From: Myxococcota bacterium | GTDB lineage: Bacteria; Myxococcota_A; UBA9160; UBA4427 | Reading direction: 5' to 3' | Length of the DNA: 64,000 nucleotides | NCBI GenBank assembly: GCA_965250285.1 | Contig: OZ252299.1 | Coordinates: 3,296,001 to 3,360,000 of the forward strand | In this document: one piece after another, positions 30,598 to 40,196 of the stretch | Position numbering within the stretch: the first letter of the stretch is position 1 | How the letters are laid out: the number at the start of each line of letters is the position of its first letter | Position numbers and translations under genes: made by a program | The notes under the pieces: model-generated | Seen by the model: the letters and a program-made list of their open reading frames with translations, nothing else | Databases searched by the model: none | Told to the model about the DNA's origin: nothing

Positions 30598-30792
30598 GGC
30601 CGAAATCCTCGGGAGGCTCCGTGAATCACTCACGGAGAGCGGTCTCAAAGCACGTCCCAGATTTCGGAGGACGAGGGGCTTTCTTTAGTAAAAATGGGCT
30701 CTTGGAAGGCTTCGTGACGATCGGAGTGCGCGCGCAGGCTGCTCGCAGGGTTGCGGAGTCGCGCCCGCAGGTTGAGGGAACGCATCGCCGCC

Positions 30793-30829
30793 GCACGAAC
30801 CCTCAATGGACCCAAATGAGGGTTCGTGC
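30793..30829. promoter_or_regulatory. Perfect 13-bp inverted repeat in the divergent XRE/asmA intergenic region
   Basis: GCACGAACCCTCA-N11-TGAGGGTTCGTGC. Confidence 0.55.
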
Positions 30830-30859
30830 ACCGGCAATTTCGAGGCGCTCCGGCCATGG

Positions 30860-30921
30860 GTCGCATTCCGCTCCCATGCGACGCGCGCCCGCCAAAGTGC
30901 GGCATTCCGCCCGTATGCGAC
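30860..30921. promoter_or_regulatory. Two tandem palindromic boxes GCAT-N9-ATGC (candidate operators)
   Basis: GCATTCCGCTCCCATGCGAC (30863-30882) and GCATTCCGCCCGTATGCGAC (30902-30921), 17/20 identical, 39 bp apart. Confidence 0.5.
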
Positions 30922-30967
30922 TCACGCCCATCACTCTGCTACCTCATGGGCTTTCGAGGAGAGCCCG

Positions 30968-33712
30968 TTGCGGCGCGCCCTGATCCGCACCCTCATCCTC
31001 GCTTCGCTCTTCCTGCTGGCCATCGCGGGTGGCTATCTCCTTTCTGCCCGCGTGGGAAAGGAAGCGCTGCGTGTCGAGGTCGAGCGGCAGCTCGAGAAGA
31101 TCTTCTTCGGCGACGTCGAGATCGGTCAGACCCGCCTCGTCATCCGCGGCGGCCTCTACCTCGAGGGCGAGGACATCTCGGTCTACAACTGGGAGACCGG
31201 TGAGTTCATCGGCGGTCTGCACGCGCCCCGCGCGGTCGCCGAGATCGATCCGTTCGCGCTGATCCTCGGCCGCTTCCGTCTGCTCTACCTGATGGCGGAC
31301 GGGATCGAGTTTCACATCGAGCACATCGACGTCGCGAAGTGGCGACCGCCGCCGGTGCAGTGGCTGCAGGACAAGCGCGACCGCACCCGCATCGAAGGCG
31401 ACCTCGAGAACAGTCTCGACTTCTGGCGCACCGTCGAGAACGTCACGCGCACCCTGCTGACCAAGCCGCTCGCCGCCCGTCAGATCGAAGTGCGGCACGG
31501 GCGGGTCACCTTCCGCGACAACCGCGTGCTCGACACCGACGGCGAGCCCCTCGAGCTCGAGCTCGTCGACGTCGAGGGCGAGCTCACCCACCAGTGGCTG
31601 TCGGGCAACGCCGAGCTGATGGTCGACGCACGCCTGATCCGCAAAGCCGCAGGCGACGACGCACCGGGGCACCCCGTGCACATCGAAGGGCGGCAGCGCG
31701 ATGACGACATGCAGCTCTGGCTGCGCACCGAACGCGTGCCCGCGATCCTGCTCGGCTACTACGTGCAGCCGGGCGGCTTCGACTATGCGCCCCGCGGCGC
31801 CATCACCGGCGACGGCTACTTCGAGACCGACGAGATCGGCCATGCCCGAATGACCCTCGACTGGGAGGTCGAGGGGTTCTCGGCGCGGCTTCCGACCCAC
31901 GCGACGCCGCTGTCGCTCGCGACGCCGAAGCTCCGCGTGCGGGGAGACGCGACGCTCGACCCCGACAAGTTCGAGCTGCTGCGCATGGATTTCGATGGCG
32001 AGCGGGTTGCCGCGACGGTGGGCGGGCACATCGAGCGGCCGATCCGCATGAGCTCACGCCTCGCCGCGCTCGCGCGCGTCGAATCGCTCGAGCTCGGCGA
32101 GCTGCGCACGATCGCATCCAGCCTGCCCGGCGGCAGCGCCGACACCTTCAGCGATCTCGCCGATCGCATCGAGGCCGGGCGCGTTCCCATCGCCATCGGG
32201 CGCGGCGACGCCCGACTGACGCGCTGGGATCATCTGTTCGATGGCCGCGCGCGCGAGCTCGCCAGCGAGTTCTCGGCCCATGCACGCATCGAAGACTTCG
32301 ACCTGAAGACGGGGCCGAACTCGAAGATCGCCGGGCTCGAATCGGACATCTCGCTCGAGGGCGATGTGCTCAAGGCGATCGGCACGAAGGCGATCGTCGA
32401 CGACTCGACGGTCCCGACCCTCGACCTCACGCTCCGCGGCATCTCGCATCTGTTCCGGTCAGCGAACTCGAAGGGCGGCCTCGGCTCGGAGGCCGGCCCC
32501 ATGCCCGGGCTCGACGCGTTTCTCGCGCTCTTCTCGTCCGACGACCCGGGTGAGCCCGTGCCCTTCCCGACGACACGGCTCGTGATCGAGAGCTTCGAGC
32601 ATCCGATGTTGCGCTGGCCGGTGCGCGATGCGCGCGTCGTCATCGAAGGCATCGACAACGGTCTCGCGATCGACGTCGAAGAGGGCATCTGGGCGGGCAA
32701 CCCCGTCGAGGGCCGCGCGCGGTGGCTCGGCTGGCCCGACCGCTCGATCAGCATCGATCTGCGCGCGATCGCGCCCGATGCAGACGACCCACTGCCGGAA
32801 GCGGACGACGGCGTCGAAGCCGACGTGACCACCTCGGTGGCGGGCGGTCAGACGCTGCAGTGGGCGAACGGGCGCTTCGAGATCGACCGCATCGACGGGG
32901 CGTTCCTTCCGATGGTCGCCGCACGCGGACACTTCGCACTGCAGGGCAACGATCTGCTGATCTCGAAGGCGCGCGCCGACCTCGAGCCGCGGGGCAAGTT
33001 GATCGCCGACGCCTCGCTCTCGCTGCGCGAGCCCGAAACCGTGCCGATCCAGCTGAACTTCTCGCTCGTCGGCGCCGATCTCGAGCGTTTCCTCTACGGC
33101 ATCGGGCTGCCCGAGAAGTCGGCGGGGGGCACCCTGCACCTCTCGGGTGCGCTCGACGGGCCGATGCTCCCGCAGACGCCCCTGCTCGCCCTGCTCGCCG
33201 GCGAGGTCAGTCTCGACGCTCGCGATGGCGAGATCTATCGACGTCTGCCGTTGATCGTCGCGCTGGCGCAGGCGAGCGAAGGCCTGCGCTCGATCGAAGA
33301 GCGCAACTCCTCGATCACCTACGAGTTCATGAAGGGCGAGCTCGCCCTCGATCGCGGTCGTGTGACGACCAGCGACTTCCGAGTCGAGGGACCGGTGCGG
33401 CTCTACGCCCAGGGTCAGATCGATCCCCTGCGACCCGTGCAGGAGAACCTGCTCGTGATCGCCGTGTTCCTCTTCCGCCAGGCGAATCAGCTGCTCGAGG
33501 GCCTGCCGGTCGTGCGCATGCTGCTGCCGGGCTCGGAGCGCGGACTGATCGGCGCCTACTTCGAGGTCACCGGGCCGGTGGGTGATCCGGTCGTGCGCTC
33601 GCTGCCCGCGCGCTCGTTCGCCGAGGACCTGCCCGATGCGGTGACTGCGCCATTCAAGGTCATCCAGGCGCTGCTGCGGACACCGAGCAGCGATCTCGCG
33701 CCATCGGAGTGA
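30968..33712 (+). CDS. AsmA-like/YhdP-family bridge-like lipid transfer protein
   Basis: GAGGAG before TTG 30968; single N-terminal TM; long beta-rich body; AsmA_2-like C-terminus (GLIGAYFEVTGPVGDPVV). Confidence 0.78.
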   Translation: MRRALIRTLILASLFLLAIAGGYLLSARVGKEALRVEVERQLEKIFFGDVEIGQTRLVIRGGLYLEGEDISVYNWETGEFIGGLHAPRAVAEIDPFALILGRFRLLYLMADGIEFHIEHIDVAKWRPPPVQWLQDKRDRTRIEGDLENSLDFWRTVENVTRTLLTKPLAARQIEVRHGRVTFRDNRVLDTDGEPLELELVDVEGELTHQWLSGNAELMVDARLIRKAAGDDAPGHPVHIEGRQRDDDMQLWLRTERVPAILLGYYVQPGGFDYAPRGAITGDGYFETDEIGHARMTLDWEVEGFSARLPTHATPLSLATPKLRVRGDATLDPDKFELLRMDFDGERVAATVGGHIERPIRMSSRLAALARVESLELGELRTIASSLPGGSADTFSDLADRIEAGRVPIAIGRGDARLTRWDHLFDGRARELASEFSAHARIEDFDLKTGPNSKIAGLESDISLEGDVLKAIGTKAIVDDSTVPTLDLTLRGISHLFRSANSKGGLGSEAGPMPGLDAFLALFSSDDPGEPVPFPTTRLVIESFEHPMLRWPVRDARVVIEGIDNGLAIDVEEGIWAGNPVEGRARWLGWPDRSISIDLRAIAPDADDPLPEADDGVEADVTTSVAGGQTLQWANGRFEIDRIDGAFLPMVAARGHFALQGNDLLISKARADLEPRGKLIADASLSLREPETVPIQLNFSLVGADLERFLYGIGLPEKSAGGTLHLSGALDGPMLPQTPLLALLAGEVSLDARDGEIYRRLPLIVALAQASEGLRSIEERNSSITYEFMKGELALDRGRVTTSDFRVEGPVRLYAQGQIDPLRPVQENLLVIAVFLFRQANQLLEGLPVVRMLLPGSERGLIGAYFEVTGPVGDPVVRSLPARSFAEDLPDAVTAPFKVIQALLRTPSSDLAPSE

Positions 33713-34251
33713 GCGCGGCCAACCGCAGCCGGAGGAGCTCGATGCGAAGCGGCCGATCGAATGAACGGGCCCGGGCCCGCGACAAGATCGTCTCTCAGCA
33801 GGCGGCGCTGTCACTCGTGACGCGCGCGCGTCGCCGGGGCGAGCGCATCGTCTTCACGAACGGCTGCTTCGACCTGCTCCACCCGGGCCACGTGCGCAGC
33901 CTCGAAGAGGCGGCGTCGCTCGGCGACCGACTGATCGTCGCCGTGAACGGGGATGCGAGCGTGGCTCGGCTCAAGGGCCGCGGCCGCCCGGCCCTGCCCG
34001 CGCGGGTGCGATGCGAAGTCGTCGCGGGGCTGGCATCGGTCGACTGGGTCGTGCGCTTCGACGCCGACACGCCCTTGCGTCTGATCGAACGCCTCGCGCC
34101 CGACGTCCTCGCCAAGGGCGGCGACTGGGCGCTCGACGACATCGTCGGGCGCGACGTCGTCGAGCATGCGGGCGGCCGGGTCGTGCGACTGAGGGGCGTC
34201 CCGGGCCCGCGCAGCAGCGACTGGATTCGCGCGATTCGAAAGCGGCGGTGA
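33709..34251 (+). CDS. rfaE2: Heptose-1-phosphate adenylyltransferase (stand-alone HldE domain II)
   Basis: VFTNGCFDLLHPGH, NGDASVARLKG.GRP and PDVLAKGGDW motifs. Confidence 0.88.
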   Translation: MSAANRSRRSSMRSGRSNERARARDKIVSQQAALSLVTRARRRGERIVFTNGCFDLLHPGHVRSLEEAASLGDRLIVAVNGDASVARLKGRGRPALPARVRCEVVAGLASVDWVVRFDADTPLRLIERLAPDVLAKGGDWALDDIVGRDVVEHAGGRVVRLRGVPGPRSSDWIRAIRKRR

Positions 34252-34335
34252 GGCGCGCACCAGCCCGCCCGATCCACCCGATCCGAGCCATGGGCGGCGC
34301 CACCGCGCGCGCCCCTCGAGGCGCTGTACGCTCTC

Positions 34336-35424
34336 GTGCTCGACAGGAGCACGCCCCCCATGACCGTCCCGCCCCCCTCCTCGGCCGCGCCGGCCGGCGC
34401 GTCGTCCGGTGTCATCGCAGCACGCGAGCAGCTCGATGCGCTGCGACGAGAGCTCGCGCGTGCCATCGTCGGTCAGCAGGGGCTGGTCGACGGGCTGTTG
34501 ATCGGGCTGCTGTGCAGCGGCCACGTGCTCGTCGAGGGCGTACCCGGCCTCGCCAAGACGACGGCCGTGCGCAGCCTCGCGCGCGCCCTGGGCCTACCCT
34601 TTGGCCGCATTCAGTTCACGCCCGACCTGCTGCCCGGCGACCTGACCGGCCAACCGATCTTCGAGCCCGCAAGCGGCAGCTACAGCCTGCGCGAGGGGCC
34701 CGTCTTCACCTCGCTGCTGCTCGCCGACGAAGTGAACCGTGCTCCCGCCAAGGTGCAGTCGGCCCTGCTCGAGGCAATGCAGGAGCGCCAGGTCACGATC
34801 GGCGACGAGACCCTGCCCCTGCCCGATCCGTTCCTCGTGATGGCGACCCAGAACCCGATCGAGCTCGAAGGCACGTACCCCCTGCCCGAGTCGCAGACCG
34901 ACCGGTTCCTGATGAAGATCGCCGTGCCCTACCCGACCGAGGCCGAAGAGGAAGAGATCGTGCGCCGCAGCCAGGCGCCCGCCCCCGAGCTGGCGGTCGT
35001 CCTCGACGTCGACGCGGTGCGGGCGCTGCGCGACGCCGCGAGTCGGGTGCACGTCGAAGAAGCGCTCGGCGCGTGGGCGGTCCGGCTCGTTCGAAACACC
35101 CGAGATGCGCGCGATCTGGTGCGCCAGTGCCAAGCCCGCGCCGACGCGGCGCGCATTCGCGCGGATCACGGCGACGCCCTCGCACTGCTCGAGCGCGACC
35201 CGATCCGGCTCGGGGCCTCGCCGCGCGCGTCGATCGACCTGGTGTCGGCTGCGCGAGCGCACGCGTTGCTCGAGGGCCGCGATCACGCGACGCCCTTCGA
35301 CGTGCGCAGCGTGGCGCGCGACGTGCTGCGCCATCGCATCTCGCTCGGCTACGAAGCCGAGGCCGACGGTGTTCAAGCCGATGCCGTCATCGACGCCGTG
35401 CTCGACCTGACGGCGGCCCCGTGA
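34336..35424 (+). CDS. MoxR-family AAA+ ATPase
   Basis: EGVPGLAKT, RIQFTPDLLP, ADEVNRAPAKVQSALLEAMQE, ATQNPIE and GASPRA motifs. Confidence 0.95.
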   Translation: MLDRSTPPMTVPPPSSAAPAGASSGVIAAREQLDALRRELARAIVGQQGLVDGLLIGLLCSGHVLVEGVPGLAKTTAVRSLARALGLPFGRIQFTPDLLPGDLTGQPIFEPASGSYSLREGPVFTSLLLADEVNRAPAKVQSALLEAMQERQVTIGDETLPLPDPFLVMATQNPIELEGTYPLPESQTDRFLMKIAVPYPTEAEEEEIVRRSQAPAPELAVVLDVDAVRALRDAASRVHVEEALGAWAVRLVRNTRDARDLVRQCQARADAARIRADHGDALALLERDPIRLGASPRASIDLVSAARAHALLEGRDHATPFDVRSVARDVLRHRISLGYEAEADGVQADAVIDAVLDLTAAP

Positions 35425-36374
35425 TGCTGCGGCTGCGTTCGCGCCGCACACCGACCCGCGACGTGCCGCGCACCGACCTGGTCACCGCGGCCCGCCGGCT
35501 GCGCGTGCGGACACGCCGCCAGGTGACCGATCTGTTCGCCGGCCACTACGTCAGCGCGTTTCGCGGCCCGGGGATCGAGTACGCCGAATCCCGCCCGTAT
35601 GTGCCCGGGGACGACGTTCGAAGCTTCGACTGGAACGCGACGGCGCGCACCGGCGTGCCGCACGTCAAGCAACACCGGCCCGAGCGCGGCCGCACGCTCC
35701 TCATCGCGCTCGATGCTTCTGAGACGATGCGCTTCGCGTCGACCGAAAGCGCGAAGCTCGAAGCGGCCAGCGAGGCCGCGGCGCTGCTCGCGGCCGCGGC
35801 CCTCGCCGTCGGCGACCGGGTCGGACTGTTGATCCACGACGCAACGCAGATCGCGCGCTTGCCGGCCGGGCGCGGCGAGCTGCAGCTGCACCGGATCCTC
35901 GAGTGGCTCGTCGCGCCCGAGGCGGCCCCTTCGAAGACGACTGCGCGCCCCGCGCGCGAGGTCCCCTCGATGATCGAGGCCCGCCGAAGCCGGGGGGATC
36001 TGGTGTTCCACTTCACCGATGCGCGCGGCGACGAGACCGTGCCGCGCGACGCACGAGCAACGGATCGGCCGGGCGCGCGGGCCGGCGGCGAAGGCGTTCT
36101 CGTCCTCTGCTCCGATCCGGCCGAGCTCCGCTGGCCCGACGCGGGATCGGTCCGCGTGGCGCCGAGCAGCGGCGACGGACCGAGCCTCGTCTTCGACGGC
36201 GACGACGAGCTGGCACGCCGGCGCTTCGAGCAAGCCGCGCAGCGGCGCGTCGGCGAGGTGGCGCACCAAACGCGCCTGCGCGGCGACGACTTCGTCCATC
36301 TGCGCAGCGACGGCGACGCGCTCCGTCTCTGGCTCGGCTTCTTTCGCGGCCGCGCCGGAGGCACGAGCCGATGA
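35421..36374 (+). CDS. DUF58 domain protein
   Basis: SAFRGPGIEYAESRPYVPGDDVRSFDWNATAR, LDASETM and GDRVGL motifs; overlaps the moxR stop. Confidence 0.9.
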   Translation: MMLRLRSRRTPTRDVPRTDLVTAARRLRVRTRRQVTDLFAGHYVSAFRGPGIEYAESRPYVPGDDVRSFDWNATARTGVPHVKQHRPERGRTLLIALDASETMRFASTESAKLEAASEAAALLAAAALAVGDRVGLLIHDATQIARLPAGRGELQLHRILEWLVAPEAAPSKTTARPAREVPSMIEARRSRGDLVFHFTDARGDETVPRDARATDRPGARAGGEGVLVLCSDPAELRWPDAGSVRVAPSSGDGPSLVFDGDDELARRRFEQAAQRRVGEVAHQTRLRGDDFVHLRSDGDALRLWLGFFRGRAGGTSR

Positions 36375-37348
36375 GCACCGCAGCCGTCGCTCGGCTCGCG
36401 CTCGGCGCGCTGCTCTTCAGCACGCTCACGGGCGGCTGCCGCGAGCCCGAACCGATGCCGCTGGCGGCGTCGGCAGCGTGGCTCGTGGAGTCAGCCCCGG
36501 TGGCCGCGGGCAACCCGTTCGAGCTCGTGCTCTTCATTCGCACGCCGCCCGACCATCGAGTGCACGCCTACGCGCTGCCCGAGCTCGACGGCATCGATGT
36601 GGTCGAGCGGCGGATCCTGCCGACGGCGACGGATGAGCACGTCGGCGTCCACCGCGAAGCGTTCATCGCGCGCACGCGAGGCACCGGGCTGCACCTCTGG
36701 CCTGCCTCCGAAGTGCGGGTCACCGACGCCGCAGGTCGAACCTACCCGCTGGTGCTCGAAGCGCTCGAGTTCGATGTGCCGTCGGTGCTGGGTGAAGGCG
36801 CGCCCCCGCGGCGCCCTCGAGGCTATCGCCCGGCGCCGGGCACACCGAGCGGCGCCCCCTTTGGCCTGGGCTTCGCCGCCGGTGCGCTCGCCGCTGGCGC
36901 GGTGGCGCTCGTCGTGCTTCGGCGTGAGCGTCTTCGCGAGGGCCGCTCGCCCACCGCCATGCGGAGCGGAGGCCCCGGCAAGCGCCGCTACTTCGGCGGC
37001 AGCGGCCGGCTCGGCCGGCGGCTCGCCCGTGCGCGCGCCGACCTCGAACGTGACCTGGAGGCCTCGGCCTCGGACGCCGCGTGCGCGCTGCGCTACTGGG
37101 CGGCCGACCGGTTCCTCGTTTCGACCCACGCGCCGTCGGCGGCCGAGCTTCGGCGCATGCGGCCGATCGACGCCGATGCCGAGCTCTGGTCGCTCTGGAT
37201 CGACCGGCTCGACGCGATCGAGCAGGGCCGTTTCGCCGCCGCGTCCCCAAGCGCACGCGTCGACGCGCTGACGCGCGCGATCGAAGACGCGCTCGCGTTC
37301 GCGGCGCGGGCCGACCGCCCCGCGCGGCGTGGGCGCAAGCCTTCGTGA
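36371..37348 (+). CDS. Bat-operon associated membrane/lipoprotein
   Basis: ATGA overlap with DUF58; lipoprotein-like signal ending TGGC; BatD-like beta domain, then a TM and helical tail. Confidence 0.6.
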   Translation: MSTAAVARLALGALLFSTLTGGCREPEPMPLAASAAWLVESAPVAAGNPFELVLFIRTPPDHRVHAYALPELDGIDVVERRILPTATDEHVGVHREAFIARTRGTGLHLWPASEVRVTDAAGRTYPLVLEALEFDVPSVLGEGAPPRRPRGYRPAPGTPSGAPFGLGFAAGALAAGAVALVVLRRERLREGRSPTAMRSGGPGKRRYFGGSGRLGRRLARARADLERDLEASASDAACALRYWAADRFLVSTHAPSAAELRRMRPIDADAELWSLWIDRLDAIEQGRFAAASPSARVDALTRAIEDALAFAARADRPARRGRKPS

Positions 37349-38445
37349 GCGGCGGCGGCCCGGACACCTGGGCGACGTTCGCCCCCGACGCGCTCGCGCA
37401 TCCGGAGCGCGGTCTCGCCCTCATGGTCGTCGCCGGCCTCTGGCTCTTTTGGACTCGGCGGCGTGACCGCGATGCGATCCCGCACCCCGCCTGGCGCGAG
37501 CTGCGGGCGGCCGGCGCGCGTTCGGACCGCTTCGCCCAGGCGGGCGCCCTCGTGCTGCGACTCGGTGTGGTCGCCGCGCTGGCCTGGGCCGTGGCCGAGC
37601 CGGTCGCGCTGCGCGAGAGCCCGCCCGAGATCGGCCGCGGGCTCGACATCCTGCTCGCCCTCGACACGTCGGGCAGCATGCGGGCGCTCGACACCGTCGA
37701 GGCGGTCGACCCCACGCGGGCCGACGATGTGGCCCGAGCGCCCGCCGAGGGCGATGGGCGGGGCACACGCACGCGCCTCGACCTCGCAGTCGAAGCGGTG
37801 CGTCGCTTCGCCCGGACGCGGGCCGACGAAGGCGACCGCGTCGGTCTCGTCGTCTTCGGCGACCACGCGTTCACCGTGTGCCCGCTCACGCGCGACGGTC
37901 GCGTGCTCGATGCGTCGCTCGAGGATGTGCGGGCCGAGATGGCGGGGCGCCGCACCTCGATCGGCGACGCCCTGGCGCTCGCGGTGAAACGGCTCGAGGC
38001 AGCGTCGACCGTGAGCGAGGCGGGTCGCGTCGTCGTGCTGCTGACCGACGGCCGCAGCACGACCGGAGAGATCCCGGTCGGCATCGCGAGCGACCTCGCA
38101 CGCCGACACGGCGTGCGCGTGCATACCGTCGGCATCGGTTCGGAGCACGAGCAGGTGGCCGTGGCGAACCCCGCCACGGGACGGGTGCGTCTCGAGCGGC
38201 ACGCACCCGACTTCGACGTGCTCGCGCTGCTGGCAGCCGATACCGGCGGCACTTTTCACCGGGCGCGTCGGTCGTCGGACCTCGCCGCCGTCTACCACGA
38301 GCTCGACATCATCGAACGCGTCGAGCGCCCAGAGCCTCGACCGCCGCGCGAGCAGCCGCGCAGCGAGCCGGCACTGGCGCTCGCGCTCACCCTGCTCGCG
38401 TTCGACGTCGGTCTCGGCCGGCTGCGGCGGAGACCGCTCTCGTGA
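37345..38445 (+). CDS. VWA domain protein, BatA-like
   Basis: GLDILLALDTSGSM (MIDAS), GDRVGLVVFG, TSIGDAL and LLTDG motifs. Confidence 0.88.
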   Translation: MSGGGPDTWATFAPDALAHPERGLALMVVAGLWLFWTRRRDRDAIPHPAWRELRAAGARSDRFAQAGALVLRLGVVAALAWAVAEPVALRESPPEIGRGLDILLALDTSGSMRALDTVEAVDPTRADDVARAPAEGDGRGTRTRLDLAVEAVRRFARTRADEGDRVGLVVFGDHAFTVCPLTRDGRVLDASLEDVRAEMAGRRTSIGDALALAVKRLEAASTVSEAGRVVVLLTDGRSTTGEIPVGIASDLARRHGVRVHTVGIGSEHEQVAVANPATGRVRLERHAPDFDVLALLAADTGGTFHRARRSSDLAAVYHELDIIERVERPEPRPPREQPRSEPALALALTLLAFDVGLGRLRRRPLS

Positions 38446-40196
38446 TCGCGCAGCACTTCGAATCGCCCGAGGCGTGGCCGCTCGTCGCCGCCGGCGCAGT
38501 CGCGCTCACGCTCGCCCTCGCGCTGCGAACCGCGCGCGACGAGCGACGCCGTCGCGCGCTCATCGGTCGAGGCCTGGGCCCAGCCGCGTTCCTACCCGAC
38601 CTCGTGCTCGTCATCGCTGCGCTGTCGATCGCCGTCGCGCTCTGCGGCCCCTTGTTCGCGGAGCGGCGCGTCCGCATCGACGACACGGGCATGGATGTCG
38701 TTCTCGTCGTCGACGCATCGCGCAGCATGGACGCGCGCGACACGCCCCCGAGCCGGCTGCGGCGGGCGAAGCAGACCGCCACCGACCTGATCGCAGCGCT
38801 CCCCGCCGGCGACCGCATCGGCCTCGTCGCCTTCGCGGGACGCGGCCAACCGCTCGCTCCACTCACGCCCGACCGGGACGTGCTCGCGCGCATGGTCGAG
38901 CGAATCGACTCGCGCACCGCTCTGCCCCACGGTTCGAGCCTCGCCGCCGGGGTCGCGAGCGCGCTCGAGACGTTCGAGCTCGACGCCGAACGGCGCCGCG
39001 CCATCGTGCTGCTGAGCGATGGGGAGCTCCCACCCGACGGCTCGGTCGACCTCGGGCGCATGGCCGAGCGCCATGGCGTGCACGTGCATGCGGTGCTCTT
39101 CGGGCGTGAGGTCGGGGCGACGATCCCCGCCCAGGGCACGCGCGTCATGGGGCCCGACGGCGAACCGGCTCTCACGCGGCGCGAACGCGAACGCGCTTCG
39201 CAGCTTTCGCAGGCGACGGGGGGCACGCTGCTGCTCGCCGATCGGTGGGGACGCGTGCCCACGCAAGAGATCGTGGCAGCGGTGCGAGGTGGCCTCGAGG
39301 CCGGTCCGTCGGGCGAGCCGACGTTCGAGCGGCGGCGCGTCCCCACCCCGGCGCCCTTCGCCGCTGTGGCGTTCGCGCTGCTCTTGCTCGAAGGGCCGCT
39401 TCGGCGCTGGGTCGCCGCGCGACCGCGCGCCGCCGCCGGTCGTCACCGCCGCACGCTGCGCGCCCGGGCGCAACGCGTGCTTCCCGTCGCGCTCGTGCTG
39501 CTCGCCGTGGCCGGCCTCGGCGCGACCGCGCGCGACCTCGAACCCCACGACGTCGCCCTGCGCGACCTCGCAGAAGCCTGGCTGCGCGCGGGTGCCAACG
39601 CGATCGAAGCCGGCGACGACGACGCGGCGCTGCGCGCCTTCGAGTCGGCGGCCGCCACTGCGCTGCGCCCCGACGTGGCCGGGACGGCGCACTACCAGAT
39701 CGGTGTCTGGCACCTGAAGCACGACGACCCGGTGCGCGGACGCGACGCGTTTCTCGAGAGCCTGCGCCTCGATCCGAGCCAGCTCGACGCGGTGTTCAAC
39801 CTCGAGTGGAGCCTGCTCGCCATCGAAGCCCGGGCGGCCGCCGATCGCGCCTCGCCGCCGCCGATCGCCCCGCCGCCCCCCGAAGCCGAACCAGAGGCGA
39901 GCGACGAGCTGCGCGACGCATCTTCGACGCAACCCGAGCCCGACGAGGCCAGTCGCTCGCCGGAGACGCCCCGCGGCCACGCGCCCGAAGCCCGGCCGTC
40001 GGGCGAGGTGCGCGCGCAGCGCGACGGGATCCCGACCACCGGGCCCAACCGCGAGACCGGCGCCGAGGGCCGTCCGCTCCCCGACGACGAGACGCTCTCG
40101 TGGTGGCTCGACCTCGTCGAAGACGATCCGGGTCGCGGCCAGGTGTCCGACCGCGCACGGGGTCGGGGACCGCAGCGAGGTGGACCGCCGTGGTGA
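38442..40196 (+). CDS. VWA + TPR protein (BatB-BatC-like fusion)
   Basis: DASRSM MIDAS, PSRLRRAK, GDRIGLVAFAG, LLSDGE; then TM segments, TPR (AHYQIG..DAVFNLE) and a P/E-rich tail ending in W. Confidence 0.8.
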   Translation: MIAQHFESPEAWPLVAAGAVALTLALALRTARDERRRRALIGRGLGPAAFLPDLVLVIAALSIAVALCGPLFAERRVRIDDTGMDVVLVVDASRSMDARDTPPSRLRRAKQTATDLIAALPAGDRIGLVAFAGRGQPLAPLTPDRDVLARMVERIDSRTALPHGSSLAAGVASALETFELDAERRRAIVLLSDGELPPDGSVDLGRMAERHGVHVHAVLFGREVGATIPAQGTRVMGPDGEPALTRRERERASQLSQATGGTLLLADRWGRVPTQEIVAAVRGGLEAGPSGEPTFERRRVPTPAPFAAVAFALLLLEGPLRRWVAARPRAAAGRHRRTLRARAQRVLPVALVLLAVAGLGATARDLEPHDVALRDLAEAWLRAGANAIEAGDDDAALRAFESAAATALRPDVAGTAHYQIGVWHLKHDDPVRGRDAFLESLRLDPSQLDAVFNLEWSLLAIEARAAADRASPPPIAPPPPEAEPEASDELRDASSTQPEPDEASRSPETPRGHAPEARPSGEVRAQRDGIPTTGPNRETGAEGRPLPDDETLSWWLDLVEDDPGRGQVSDRARGRGPQRGGPPW

